From contig JAIOOX010000002.1 in assembly GCA_021414225.1 (NCBI GenBank), positions 236,597 through 300,596 of the forward strand: a stretch of 64,000 bases of DNA, written 5' to 3'. Origin of the DNA: Candidatus Vogelbacteria bacterium (GTDB lineage Bacteria > Patescibacteriota > Minisyncoccia > Phycocordibacterales > XYD1-FULL-46-19). Below the pieces are notes generated by a model, which did not search any database, was not told the DNA's origin, and saw only the letters and a program-made list of their open reading frames with translations. The position numbers and the translations under genes were made by a program. Shown here piece after piece: positions 38,277 through 46,471 of the stretch. The number at the start of each line of letters is the position of its first letter. Positions within the stretch are counted from its first letter, which is position 1.

Positions 38277-39272
38277 CTAAAGCGATGGGTGTTGCCCGTC
38301 TGGCATATCTAATCCCATTTCTCGGACGTAATCGCGGAGTTTTCGATTTTTATGAACGATATCTTTTTCAAACTTATCAATTTTTTCTATCAAGCGATTA
38401 TCAGTTGCCGGATTGGCAATGGCCCTTGCTTCAACAAGAAGTTTATTTGCTCGACGAAAACGCTGGAATGAGGGCATTTTTGTCGCAAGGTTGTAAATAG
38501 TATGTGCTTGTTCCGATGGCTTATTCGCAAGTTTGAACTCTACAATTGCTTTCTCAAAATACTGAATACATTTGTCGCGAGACAGGTTAATTTTTTTGCG
38601 CTCTTCGCGACGATAAAGATAAAGGTCTAGGTTCCACCGACGAACGAAATGTGTATTTGCAATCTTGGCTTTAAATTTTCCGCCTTTCTGAAAATCGAGT
38701 TTATCAGTCAGATATTTGTGGCTGTATACATCTCCAATCGTGGAGAATGCATGACCTCGAAACTCGTGGTCCAGTCCCTGTTCTGCTCTTTCAATAACAA
38801 GTGCAAGGGTCGTGTCTGCCTCACGTTCAAGCTCTTTACGCTTTTCGCCTAACGCTTCATATTCTTTCTTATCTTTCTCGGTCGAAAAACCTATCCATCC
38901 AAAGACCTCTGAAGCAAGCATCAAGTTTTTTTGCCTGTAGATTGCATCAGATAATTTAAGTCCAAGAAAGAAACATTTTTTACCCAACAGGTAGCTTTGT
39001 ACACTTTCGTTTCCCGTCCGCTTAGCAATTTCTATCCCCTCATTTGCGACAGCGAGTAGTTTGTCTCCCTCGGTGACATGGTCTAAAACTCCTAGCATTG
39101 CAAGGAGTACATTAATCCGAACAGAGGGGTCTTGCGTTGTTATTGTCTCAAGCAAGCTTCTCGCTTCATCATATTCGCCGAGGTTATACAGCTCGACTGC
39201 TTTTTTCAGTTTATTTTGGTCTGGCATAGTATTCACGTTGTCGAAATCGCGCGATACGAGCTGGAATTTCAT
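38277..39272 (-). CDS. hypothetical protein with N-terminal TPR-like helical repeat; overlaps upstream DUF4238 gene by 62 nt
   Basis: A 331-aa ORF (...AVELYNLGEYDEARSLLETIT...) with no recognisable catalytic motif. It is co-directional with and overlaps the DUF4238 gene in a different frame. Confidence 0.4.
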   Translation of the reverse strand: MKFQLVSRDFDNVNTMPDQNKLKKAVELYNLGEYDEARSLLETITTQDPSVRINVLLAMLGVLDHVTEGDKLLAVANEGIEIAKRTGNESVQSYLLGKKCFFLGLKLSDAIYRQKNLMLASEVFGWIGFSTEKDKKEYEALGEKRKELEREADTTLALVIERAEQGLDHEFRGHAFSTIGDVYSHKYLTDKLDFQKGGKFKAKIANTHFVRRWNLDLYLYRREERKKINLSRDKCIQYFEKAIVEFKLANKPSEQAHTIYNLATKMPSFQRFRRANKLLVEARAIANPATDNRLIEKIDKFEKDIVHKNRKLRDYVREMGLDMPDGQHPSL

Positions 39273-40128
39273 GCCTTAAAAAGCGTAGTAGGAAAACGGG
39301 GTCAAGTGGCAATCTTCGGAACCAGCGCCTCTTCAACTTTGGCGAGTTTGCAATGAAGTATTGATGTGAGTATCCGTAGACCATTCGATTGTCATTGTGC
39401 ACCATATCTTCGGTAGCAAACAAATATCCACGAACATTGTTTATCCAACTGAAACAAACAGAGATTTCAGGTGAGAGTGGCATTCGCACTTCGACCCCTC
39501 TCTGTCCAAACGCAGGAGGGAAAAAACGTTGAAATTGCATCTGACTGTTGAATAGGTATGCGGGTGCATCTGACGTAATGAAAGACACGCGTTTATTTTT
39601 CGTGCAGAGAAATGCAACATTCATTTTAGATAGGATTTCCGCAATTTTAGGGGCCATTTCTATTACGCTCATTTTGTGAGCATCTTTCTTTGCTTCCTCC
39701 CATTCCTTAGAAGATTTTGCCGGTGCTCCGTGCACTGTTTCGAGTTGCTTTGCCCAACCAATCATTTGGTCCATTTGGTTCTCAACGTGTTCTTTCTGCT
39801 TCAAGGTTCGCTGGAGCATGGCGGCGACAAACGCACAAAAAATAGCGTGCTCGTAAGGTGTAAGCGGGAGCTTGTGCTTAATCTTTTTTTCAAATATGTC
39901 GGCATACTCACTTTCAAGTTGCGCCAACGACTTTTCAATAGAATAGTCACCTTGGAATGTATAAACATCTGTTTCCGTGAGCACGCTACGGATATTCTGC
40001 CTTTTGCCTCGCTTACTTTTACGCTCAAAAATCCAAACACACGGCCCGAAGTTGCTCGGTACTTTTGGGTCTACAAACTGCTTTAAATAACATTTCGGAA
40101 TGGTGTGCTGGTTCTTCGGGTTTGACAT
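39211..40128 (-). CDS. DUF4238 family protein (Rst_DUF4238-like anti-phage candidate)
   Basis: The N-terminal hallmark H-T-I-P-x-x-Y-L-x-x-F (NQHTIPKCYLKQF) and an internal FITSDAP block are characteristic of DUF4238. Confidence 0.6.
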   Translation of the reverse strand: MSNPKNQHTIPKCYLKQFVDPKVPSNFGPCVWIFERKSKRGKRQNIRSVLTETDVYTFQGDYSIEKSLAQLESEYADIFEKKIKHKLPLTPYEHAIFCAFVAAMLQRTLKQKEHVENQMDQMIGWAKQLETVHGAPAKSSKEWEEAKKDAHKMSVIEMAPKIAEILSKMNVAFLCTKNKRVSFITSDAPAYLFNSQMQFQRFFPPAFGQRGVEVRMPLSPEISVCFSWINNVRGYLFATEDMVHNDNRMVYGYSHQYFIANSPKLKRRWFRRLPLDPVFLLRFLRHEIPARIARFRQREYYARPK

Positions 40129-40183
40129 TGTCTCTATATCATAGGGTATTTGCAGAATAATAGATATTTGGCGTTAATTGGAG

Positions 40184-40320
40184 TTAGGCATTTTCAAAAA
40201 ACCTATATCTTTCAATGTATTTTCGACTTTTACGATTTTCTAAAGCCAATAAATCAAGGGTTTTGCATAAATAAAGAGATTTTAAGGTTAGGCATTTTTA
40301 CAAAACCTATATTCTGCAAG
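40184..40320. repeat. two ~30-bp imperfect direct repeats (40184-40216 and 40288-40320) in divergent intergenic region
   Basis: TTAGGCATTTTCAAAAAACCTATATCTTTCAATG versus TTAGGCATTTTTACAAAACCTATATTCTGCAAGC, 104 bp apart. They may be regulator binding sites or iterons. Confidence 0.4.
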
Positions 40321-40371
40321 CTCTTTTAGGAAAGATGCTTTTTCTAACCGTAAGAAAATGGTATAGTAATC

Positions 40372-40496
40372 ATGCGTCCCACAGTAGTCGAATAATGTAC
40401 GAGGTCTTTTGCTTCCTATGGAAGCCCAATTGCGGGCTGAAAGGGGGGCATTCGACCGCCACAATTGGTTGCCTCGTGCAATTCAGTACTGTGGGA
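40372..40496 (+). ncRNA. candidate structured non-coding RNA of unknown class (multi-helix, closed by a 12-bp long-range helix)
   Basis: P1 is CGTCCCACAGTA (40372-40383) paired with TACTGTGGGACG (40485-40496). P2 is GTACGAGG paired with CCTCGTGC, including a G-U that favours the plus strand. P3 is the hairpin GCTTCC-tat-GGAAGC. P4 is CCAATTG(CGG)...(CCG)CCACAATTGG enclosing a purine-rich CUGAAAGGGGGG loop. Only short ORFs without coding character overlap it. Confidence 0.35.
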
Positions 40497-40576
40497 CGCC
40501 GGCTCCGAGTGTCTCCCTTTTTGTATTGTCGAACAGAAAAGGGGTTGGGCTGATTACCCACCTAGTTTTATAAATT

Positions 40577-40831
40577 ATGCTCGTAGTAATTATTGTTCTG
40601 CTCTTACTACTTCTTGCAATCGCCGCCCCTGTGCAAATAATGGCGAACAAAAAGAAGTTGAAGCAAATGGACACGCTAATTGAAGCGTTCGAGGCACAAA
40701 GCTTCGAGACGCCGGAGGCAAAAGAAAATGCCAAGCGTGTGTTAAAGAAAAAGCTCGTTGGATTGAAAGCAAAGATACTTGCTGACAAGAAATCAACGGA
40801 AATCGCGGACGACAAACTCAATATTCTTTAA
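40577..40831 (+). CDS. small hypothetical membrane-anchored Lys-rich protein
   Basis: An 84-aa ORF with an N-terminal TM (LVVIIVLLLLLLAIAA) and a K/E-rich tail. Confidence 0.3.
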   Translation: MLVVIIVLLLLLLAIAAPVQIMANKKKLKQMDTLIEAFEAQSFETPEAKENAKRVLKKKLVGLKAKILADKKSTEIADDKLNIL

Positions 40832-40856
40832 GCTTAGAATAAGCTAGAATTAGAGA

Positions 40857-41525
40857 ATGATAGCGTCCCATAGTCAAAACAAGACCCTTAATCGTCTTGC
40901 AAAAATCTTAGAGTTTGTAGAGACGCAATACAGGTCACACGCGGACAAGGAAACATTCTTTTTGGGTGCCAGTGAGATTTTCCGCTTCGACCCACTTCTA
41001 AGCGATATGGATTTGCTAAAAATGGGTTTTGAGAAAATCACTGACGACACAGGGGGAAATGTAAAGATTGAGTTTCGGCAAGGATTACCCGAACGAAACA
41101 CAGCTGACCCGACCCATGTTAGTTACGAACTTTATGTTTGGTTCTATGTTGAGGACCAAAATAAGTTCAGGGACTATCAAAGCTCTGTGAGGTCAAGAAT
41201 TGAGAGAGAAACCAAGGCGGTCCAATTCATTCTCGACAGTCAGGGCTTCTTCTACCCAGAGGGTACGGGGCCAGAGAATAGGCACTCACTCAAAAGAAAT
41301 AGCAACCGTTACCAGTTGCTTTACTTGTTAGCTAAGGAAAACAGATACATTGCAACAAAGGAACTTGCGGAAAAGCTGAATGTCTCGGCTCCAATAGTGA
41401 GAAAAAGGATAGGTGAGATTAGAAACATTATCGCCAAAAAGTGGGAGTTGTCGCGTGAAGCATTGTTTGAAAGTGACAATGCTTCCGGTTACCGAGTAAC
41501 GAATGTCACTCTCCAAGAAAGCTAA
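40857..41525 (+). CDS. hypothetical protein with C-terminal winged-helix/HTH DNA-binding domain
   Basis: The C-terminus NRYIATKELAEKLNVSAPIVRKRIGEIRNII is HTH-like (DeoR/MarR-type recognition helix). The N-terminal domain is unknown. It lies upstream of the recombinase. Confidence 0.4.
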   Translation: MIASHSQNKTLNRLAKILEFVETQYRSHADKETFFLGASEIFRFDPLLSDMDLLKMGFEKITDDTGGNVKIEFRQGLPERNTADPTHVSYELYVWFYVEDQNKFRDYQSSVRSRIERETKAVQFILDSQGFFYPEGTGPENRHSLKRNSNRYQLLYLLAKENRYIATKELAEKLNVSAPIVRKRIGEIRNIIAKKWELSREALFESDNASGYRVTNVTLQES

Positions 41526-41668
41526 AGAGGTATACCTCACCGAAACTACTACGGCTATAGCTGTTAACAACTTCGCAGAGAACTAAGCAAACAAGGGATT
41601 TTAGGTTTTCTCGTTCCGTACGCACGAGGGATTGCGGAGGTACGGGGTGGCTTCAATAGAGTTAGGGC

Positions 41669-41866
41669 ATGGTATCGTTGCCCGATTTTAAAAAAGCACT
41701 TGGACCTCTTGGCGACAAACTCACAGAAAAAGAGATTGAGCGTCTCAATATTCTTTCAGCTCAACTTGCTGGTTCTCTTTTCAATATGTGGAGCCGAAAA
41801 CTAAAAGAGAGTAGGCAGAATGAGAAACCAATAATTTATGGAAACGACCAAATACGCAATAATTGA
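41669..41866 (+). CDS. small hypothetical protein overlapping recombinase start (possible directionality factor)
   Basis: A 65-aa ORF ending 29 nt inside the recombinase ORF. It has no known domain. Confidence 0.25.
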   Translation: MVSLPDFKKALGPLGDKLTEKEIERLNILSAQLAGSLFNMWSRKLKESRQNEKPIIYGNDQIRNN

Positions 41867-43547
41867 CTGTCGCGTTAGTGACCCGCAACAGTTGAAAGGT
41901 GGAAGCTTGGAAGACCAAGAGGTTATTGGTCGTGCAACAGCAATGCGCTACAACGCAACAGTTGCGCATGTTTTTAGAAAACCACATTCAGCAACAACTA
42001 CAGAAAGAGATGATTTGGATGAAGTCATAGATTTTATTAAGAAATATCCTCATCAAATTCATTACTATATTTTTAAATGCATTGACCGATTTACCCGTGC
42101 CGGCTATCCCGAATACGAAAGAAGAAAAGCAGAATTAGAAAAACTAGGAGTTCAAATTATTGACTCCTACGGCGTAATTCAGCCGATACAAAACACACTC
42201 GACCACCTTGGTCAAAAATATAAATGGAGCATGTATTCTCCAAGTGAAATTGCTGAAATGATTTCGGCATATCAAGGAAAAGCAGAAGCAAGAGAGATTT
42301 TAACTCGAATGGTAGGTGCCGAAATCCGTCTTGTGCAAGAGGGGTTTGCTGTAAGACGCGCACCTGATGGATTACATAACAAGCGTATTTTTATTAATGG
42401 AAAAGATAGGGTCATTAGAGAAGCCGGAGAAAAAGCTCATTATTTTCAAAAGATGTATGAACTCCGAGCAGATGGTATTGATGATACGCAAATCGTCAAC
42501 ATTTTAAATGCCACAGGTTTCAAAACAAATATCTATACACGGTGGGATAGGAGTGACCCAGAACATCCTCGAAAAATTGGAACCAGAGGCGGTAAGGTTC
42601 TTACTGTAAAGCAGATGCAACGATATTTACTCCAAACAGAGTATGCCGGTGTAAGTTGTGAGAAGTGGAATAAACACAAGCCGGTCAGAACGCAGTACTT
42701 TGACGGCATTGTTTCTATAGACACTTTCAATCGAGCCAATCGTGGAAAAGTTTACATAAAAGTATCAGAGGGTGACGAGATTGAAGTGCTCTACAACTAC
42801 TCTCCTTGGGGCCGTGTAAAGCGTCTAAGAGACAATCCGATGTACCCATGGAAATGTATAGCGTGTCCTTTCTGCAATAAATCAATGCTCGGTAGTCCGT
42901 CTACTGGAAAGTCGGGTGCTAAGTTCCATGGGTATCATTGTGGTGGTTCAAAATCAGGCGACAGAGCACATGAATATTTCCGTCTTGATAAGAAAACTTT
43001 TGAGAGTAATGTGAAAAATTACTTAGACAGTTTGAAATTCGAGGATGGATTTTTAGCAGGATTGGAATTGCACCTACTTAGCGAATATCGAGAAAGAGAA
43101 AAAGAAGTTGTACTCGAATCTTCTGCAATAAGCCGAACGGTATCTGATTTAAAAGCAGAGTTGGCCCAAAAGTTGGAAGCATTCGGTTTTGCTGAAAGTC
43201 CAATCACTAGGAAAATGATTGAACAGCAAATTGCTGAACTGGATGAACAGATAAAGGGAGCAGAGAGCCAACGAATGGAAATTGAAGTAAATGAGAAGAG
43301 TATCCGTGTCTTTGTACGCTATGCAAAATACGTAATGGAACACCCGGCGGAAATCCTTACAGAAGCTTGTGATTTACAGGGTCGCCGTGCTCTTTTGGGT
43401 CTGTTCTTTGAACAAACCCCGACCTATAACGAAATACTTAATGGAACACCAAAATTAACGGCTCTTTTCAAGCTTTCTGAAGAGTTTAAGGGTAATAAAA
43501 CCCAACTGGTGACCCTACGGGGAATCGAACCCCGATTTAAGCCTTGA
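41838..43547 (+). CDS. large serine recombinase (phage-integrase type resolvase/invertase family)
   Basis: An N-terminal resolvase catalytic domain (YAIIDCRVSDPQQ...) is followed by a recombinase domain, a zinc ribbon (CIACPFCNKSMLGS...HGYHCGG) and a C-terminal coiled coil. The last 41 nt are antisense to tRNA-Glu. Confidence 0.85.
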   Translation: METTKYAIIDCRVSDPQQLKGGSLEDQEVIGRATAMRYNATVAHVFRKPHSATTTERDDLDEVIDFIKKYPHQIHYYIFKCIDRFTRAGYPEYERRKAELEKLGVQIIDSYGVIQPIQNTLDHLGQKYKWSMYSPSEIAEMISAYQGKAEAREILTRMVGAEIRLVQEGFAVRRAPDGLHNKRIFINGKDRVIREAGEKAHYFQKMYELRADGIDDTQIVNILNATGFKTNIYTRWDRSDPEHPRKIGTRGGKVLTVKQMQRYLLQTEYAGVSCEKWNKHKPVRTQYFDGIVSIDTFNRANRGKVYIKVSEGDEIEVLYNYSPWGRVKRLRDNPMYPWKCIACPFCNKSMLGSPSTGKSGAKFHGYHCGGSKSGDRAHEYFRLDKKTFESNVKNYLDSLKFEDGFLAGLELHLLSEYREREKEVVLESSAISRTVSDLKAELAQKLEAFGFAESPITRKMIEQQIAELDEQIKGAESQRMEIEVNEKSIRVFVRYAKYVMEHPAEILTEACDLQGRRALLGLFFEQTPTYNEILNGTPKLTALFKLSEEFKGNKTQLVTLRGIEPRFKP

Positions 43548-43581
43548 GAAGGCTCCGTCCTAACCGTTAGACGATAGGGCC
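43507..43581 (-). tRNA. tRNA-Glu (anticodon CUC)
   Basis: Reverse complement: GGCCCTA-TC-GTCT-AACGGTTA-GGAC-G-GAGCC-TTCTCAA-GGCTT-AAAT-CGGGG-TTCGATT-CCCCG-TAGGGTC-A-CCA. It folds into a cloverleaf with a 7-bp acceptor stem, GTTCGATTC T-loop, anticodon CTC and encoded CCA. Confidence 0.8.
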
Positions 43582-43637
43582 AAATTGACTTTAACCCTTA
43601 CAAAATAACACATTATTTTATTGACTTCCAGTCAGTA

Positions 43638-43666
43638 TTGACTTTTTATATTATATATGCTATTAT
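43638..43666 (+). promoter_or_regulatory. near-consensus sigma70 promoter (TTGACT-17-TATTAT) for GC-rich gene 43719-44207
   Basis: TTGACT at 43638-43643, a 17-nt spacer and TATTAT at 43661-43666. Confidence 0.4.
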
Positions 43667-43718
43667 TAATATTAGACAACCGGACGACTAGTATAACTAG
43701 CGTCTATAGGAGCGAACA

Positions 43719-44207
43719 TTGTATTACAAAGCCAACCTCGTTACCGGCCAGGTAGAGCCCATCGGGCGCGATCACCAGAGCGTCTGGGATTACCCTGGAG
43801 TCAAGGGCAACGGCCAGCACTTCCAGTTGCCCGGGCACGCCCTGGTCGAGTGGACTGGCGATGATCGCATGAAGCTCTGGCATCCCGAAACCGACCAAAC
43901 CAGCGGCCATGTCGACATTTGGTACGAACACGAGCGCCGCGACGGCAAGAACGGTATCCGGATCGCAAATTACGGCGATCACGAACTGACCTTTTCGTCA
44001 GAAGGGCAGCTGAAGTACAGCTGGCCGTCCGGAGGCTGGAGTTTGATTCGCGTCATCGACGCAGTCGAGTCCCATCTCCAAGAAACGCTTGGTGGCAACC
44101 AACTGCATCTTCGCATGTGGATCGAGCTCAACTTCTACCCGGCCGGCGCGCCGAGCCTGAAGGAGTTGCAGGAAATCCAGCAGCGAAACGAGCAGGCCGC
44201 TGCCTAA
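43719..44207 (+). CDS. hypothetical protein, GC-rich gene
   Basis: A 162-aa ORF that is clearly GC-richer than the flanking AT-rich DNA (MYYKANLVTGQVEPIGRDHQSVWDYPGVKGNGQHFQLPGH...). Its own promoter and a GC-rich terminator bracket it. Confidence 0.4.
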   Translation: MYYKANLVTGQVEPIGRDHQSVWDYPGVKGNGQHFQLPGHALVEWTGDDRMKLWHPETDQTSGHVDIWYEHERRDGKNGIRIANYGDHELTFSSEGQLKYSWPSGGWSLIRVIDAVESHLQETLGGNQLHLRMWIELNFYPAGAPSLKELQEIQQRNEQAAA

Positions 44208-44238
44208 GTCCAACATCGACTTCACCAGCCAACCACAC

Positions 44239-44290
44239 ACCCCGCCCAGCGACACGAGTCGCCGGGCGGGGTAAATTGTTTCTATTTTTT
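44239..44290 (+). terminator. intrinsic terminator
   Basis: CCCCGCCC-agcgacacgagtcgcc-GGGCGGGG followed by a T-rich run (TAAATTGTTTCTATTTTTTT). Confidence 0.5.
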
Positions 44291-44296
44291 TAAAAC

Positions 44297-44650
44297 CTAT
44301 TTAGCTGGTAGGGCTAGAGTGGTGGAGTTTATTATTTTATTAGTTGATGGACGATAAATAATCAACTTTTGTGACTGAATGAAGACCAAAATCTTGTCAC
44401 CATTTTTGGTGCCAGCAAAGAAAGGTTCATTCATTATTTTAGTTTCATCCACAATCGTAGCCACAGCTGGTATTTCAGCTGGCAATTCCATAATCAAACT
44501 AACTCGTTCAACCAGATCGGTCGCTTCTTTGGCGATTAAAGCCTCAGCATTATTGACGTCTTGCTTGGAAGAACCAAAGTAGTATCCCCCACCAATCAAG
44601 ATCAGGATTGCAACCACCACAATAATTATTTTTTTATTTTTTGGACTCAT
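44297..44650 (-). CDS. small hypothetical membrane protein
   Basis: A 117-aa ORF with an N-terminal TM (KIIIVVVAILILIGGGYYF). Confidence 0.35.
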   Translation of the reverse strand: MSPKNKKIIIVVVAILILIGGGYYFGSSKQDVNNAEALIAKEATDLVERVSLIMELPAEIPAVATIVDETKIMNEPFFAGTKNGDKILVFIQSQKLIIYRPSTNKIINSTTLALPAK

Positions 44651-44731
44651 ATAACAATATTCTTATTAATTTTAATTAATCTAATTTTAACACCTCCCCA
44701 CCAAGACTCAAGCTTGACCAAACACCCCACC

Positions 44732-46471
44732 CTAATCTGGGTTTTCGATCACTTTTATTTTCTCGGCCAAGTATTTCTCAGCTTCATCTAGATTCTCGGT
44801 CATTTCAGCCATGATTTTACTCTCTTCTTTGGTTAATTTACGTTTGGTACTAGCTCTTTCAAGCATCTTCAAGTGACGCTTGGTATCACCCTTAAGAATT
44901 TGGAATACTTTATGGACTTCTTGTTCGGTGTGAACCAAGTCACGTCTTAATTTTCGTTTCAGTGAATTTAATTTTTTGATGCCAAGATAAATCATCAGCA
45001 ACAATAGGAAGAGTAGTACCAAGAAGGTGATCGCGATAGAAATTATTTGGATAGCTCTAGTACCTAGAGACATAACCTCAGATTGTTTGACGGTGATGTA
45101 GACCTTACCTGTTGGCAGACTCTTAGCTCCTGAACCACGAACCGTCTCAGCCCAAACATTCAAGATACCGACTGTTTCTATTGAATCACTACTATAGAAG
45201 AAGATTTTATCTTCGTCTGGTCTCACTAAATAACTTTTAGCTTCTTGATCTTCTGCTTGGAACCATAAGACTATCTCGCCATCAGCATAAGGAGACTTAC
45301 CCCTAATCTCTACCGAAGAGCCTACCTTAACAGCTTCTGGGTAATGTGTAATCTTAGGCGCTTGAACTTCTGGTGAGTCGACTAGGACATCTGTACTGTC
45401 ATAATTTCCAGCTCGGTCATAAACTCGCAATTCTAACTTATAACTACCAGCCGCTAGTGGTGGTAAGTTAAACTTGGTTGGTCCATTAGCAGTGGCTGGA
45501 ACCTCGATCAGTTTATCTTCGTTGTTATAAACTACATAACTCTTAACACCGGACAAAGTGTCCTTTGCCCAAGCTTCCAAAGAAATCAAGTCCTCTTCAG
45601 TCTTCTCAGCCTTAACGGTAATGTTTTCCGGAGCGTTAGTATCAATCTTTATTTTACGACTAGTGATCTTGCCCCAACCAGCCTCATTCTTTAATCGGGC
45701 ATTGAGATAGAAGGTTCCCTCAGTTAGGCCGGTCAGTATTTTTTTCTTAATCGGTGGATCATAAGTGACTGTTGGTAAGGTGCTAGCTGATTTTGCCAAC
45801 ACTAGTTGTACCGCGGTGACACCTGAAGATAATTCCCAACTAAAAGTGCCTTCTGTATTGTTATACCAACTATTTTGATCCGACATATCATCAGAAGTGA
45901 TGACTGGAGCACCAGGTACCGCCCCTTGAGAAACAACCGGTAGTGGAACTGGTGTTGTTGGCACAACTACTGGCGGTGGTACCACTACTGGAGTCACACC
46001 AGTAATCGTTACGGAAGAATCTCTAGTTTGCGATAGTACATTGGTACCATTGCCATCATCAGCCCTGATCGCCGAAGAACCAAAAGAGAGCTTAGCCACC
46101 CCCGCTTTTTTGGCTCTAAAATTTATTCGCAATGAATTACCAGCTTGACCAGAGTAACCAGGTGTTGGTAAACCACCATTGAAGTTAACGGTGCCACTGG
46201 TATTAGAAAAAGTTGGCTGTTCGACCCAAATGTTAAAGATAGAGCCAGTGTTGCTAACCGAATCAACACTGACTAAATCGGTTGGGAAATGAATCGTTCC
46301 TTCAGCACTATTGATAGCAACACCGCCAGTCGAGAGATAAACTGTTCCAGAAAAAGTTCCATTTTCAGCTACCTGGGTCTTATCTAAAATAAAATACATA
46401 TCAGCCGCCCAAACTAAACCAGGGGCTAATATTAATCCTAAAGTTAAAATTAAGTTAATTAATTTCCTCAT
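44732..46471 (-). CDS. large cell-surface protein: signal peptide, beta-rich/Ig-like extracellular region, C-terminal TM anchor and cytoplasmic coiled-coil tail
   Basis: The start was trimmed to the Met giving a signal peptide (MRKLINLILTLGLILAPGLVWA). A P/V-rich linker (PVVVPPPVVVPTTPVPLPVV) and a C-terminal TM (IQIISIAITFLVLLFLLLLMIYLGI) are followed by a K/E-rich tail. Confidence 0.55.
   Translation of the reverse strand: MRKLINLILTLGLILAPGLVWAADMYFILDKTQVAENGTFSGTVYLSTGGVAINSAEGTIHFPTDLVSVDSVSNTGSIFNIWVEQPTFSNTSGTVNFNGGLPTPGYSGQAGNSLRINFRAKKAGVAKLSFGSSAIRADDGNGTNVLSQTRDSSVTITGVTPVVVPPPVVVPTTPVPLPVVSQGAVPGAPVITSDDMSDQNSWYNNTEGTFSWELSSGVTAVQLVLAKSASTLPTVTYDPPIKKKILTGLTEGTFYLNARLKNEAGWGKITSRKIKIDTNAPENITVKAEKTEEDLISLEAWAKDTLSGVKSYVVYNNEDKLIEVPATANGPTKFNLPPLAAGSYKLELRVYDRAGNYDSTDVLVDSPEVQAPKITHYPEAVKVGSSVEIRGKSPYADGEIVLWFQAEDQEAKSYLVRPDEDKIFFYSSDSIETVGILNVWAETVRGSGAKSLPTGKVYITVKQSEVMSLGTRAIQIISIAITFLVLLFLLLLMIYLGIKKLNSLKRKLRRDLVHTEQEVHKVFQILKGDTKRHLKMLERASTKRKLTKEESKIMAEMTENLDEAEKYLAEKIKVIENPD

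Larger units (their letters stand above)
36236..43581. mobile_element. putative integrative island ending at tRNA-Glu: copper module, DUF4238 pair, ncRNA candidate, HTH protein, large serine recombinase
   Basis: The recombinase gene abuts and overlaps the tRNA. The segment's GC (~42-45%) is above the backbone's, and its cargo (metal homeostasis plus a defence gene) is typical of islands. The left boundary is provisional (DR-B). Confidence 0.4.

Noticed and set aside
40372-40496. Retron msr/msd interpretation of the structured RNA
   Set aside because: There is no reverse transcriptase gene anywhere in the window. The long-range inverted repeat alone is insufficient.
40335-40683. Short ORFs 40335-40553 (+), 40370-40561 (-), 40465-40683 (+)
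   Set aside because: They overlap the strongly base-paired RNA candidate and each other, and have no coding character.
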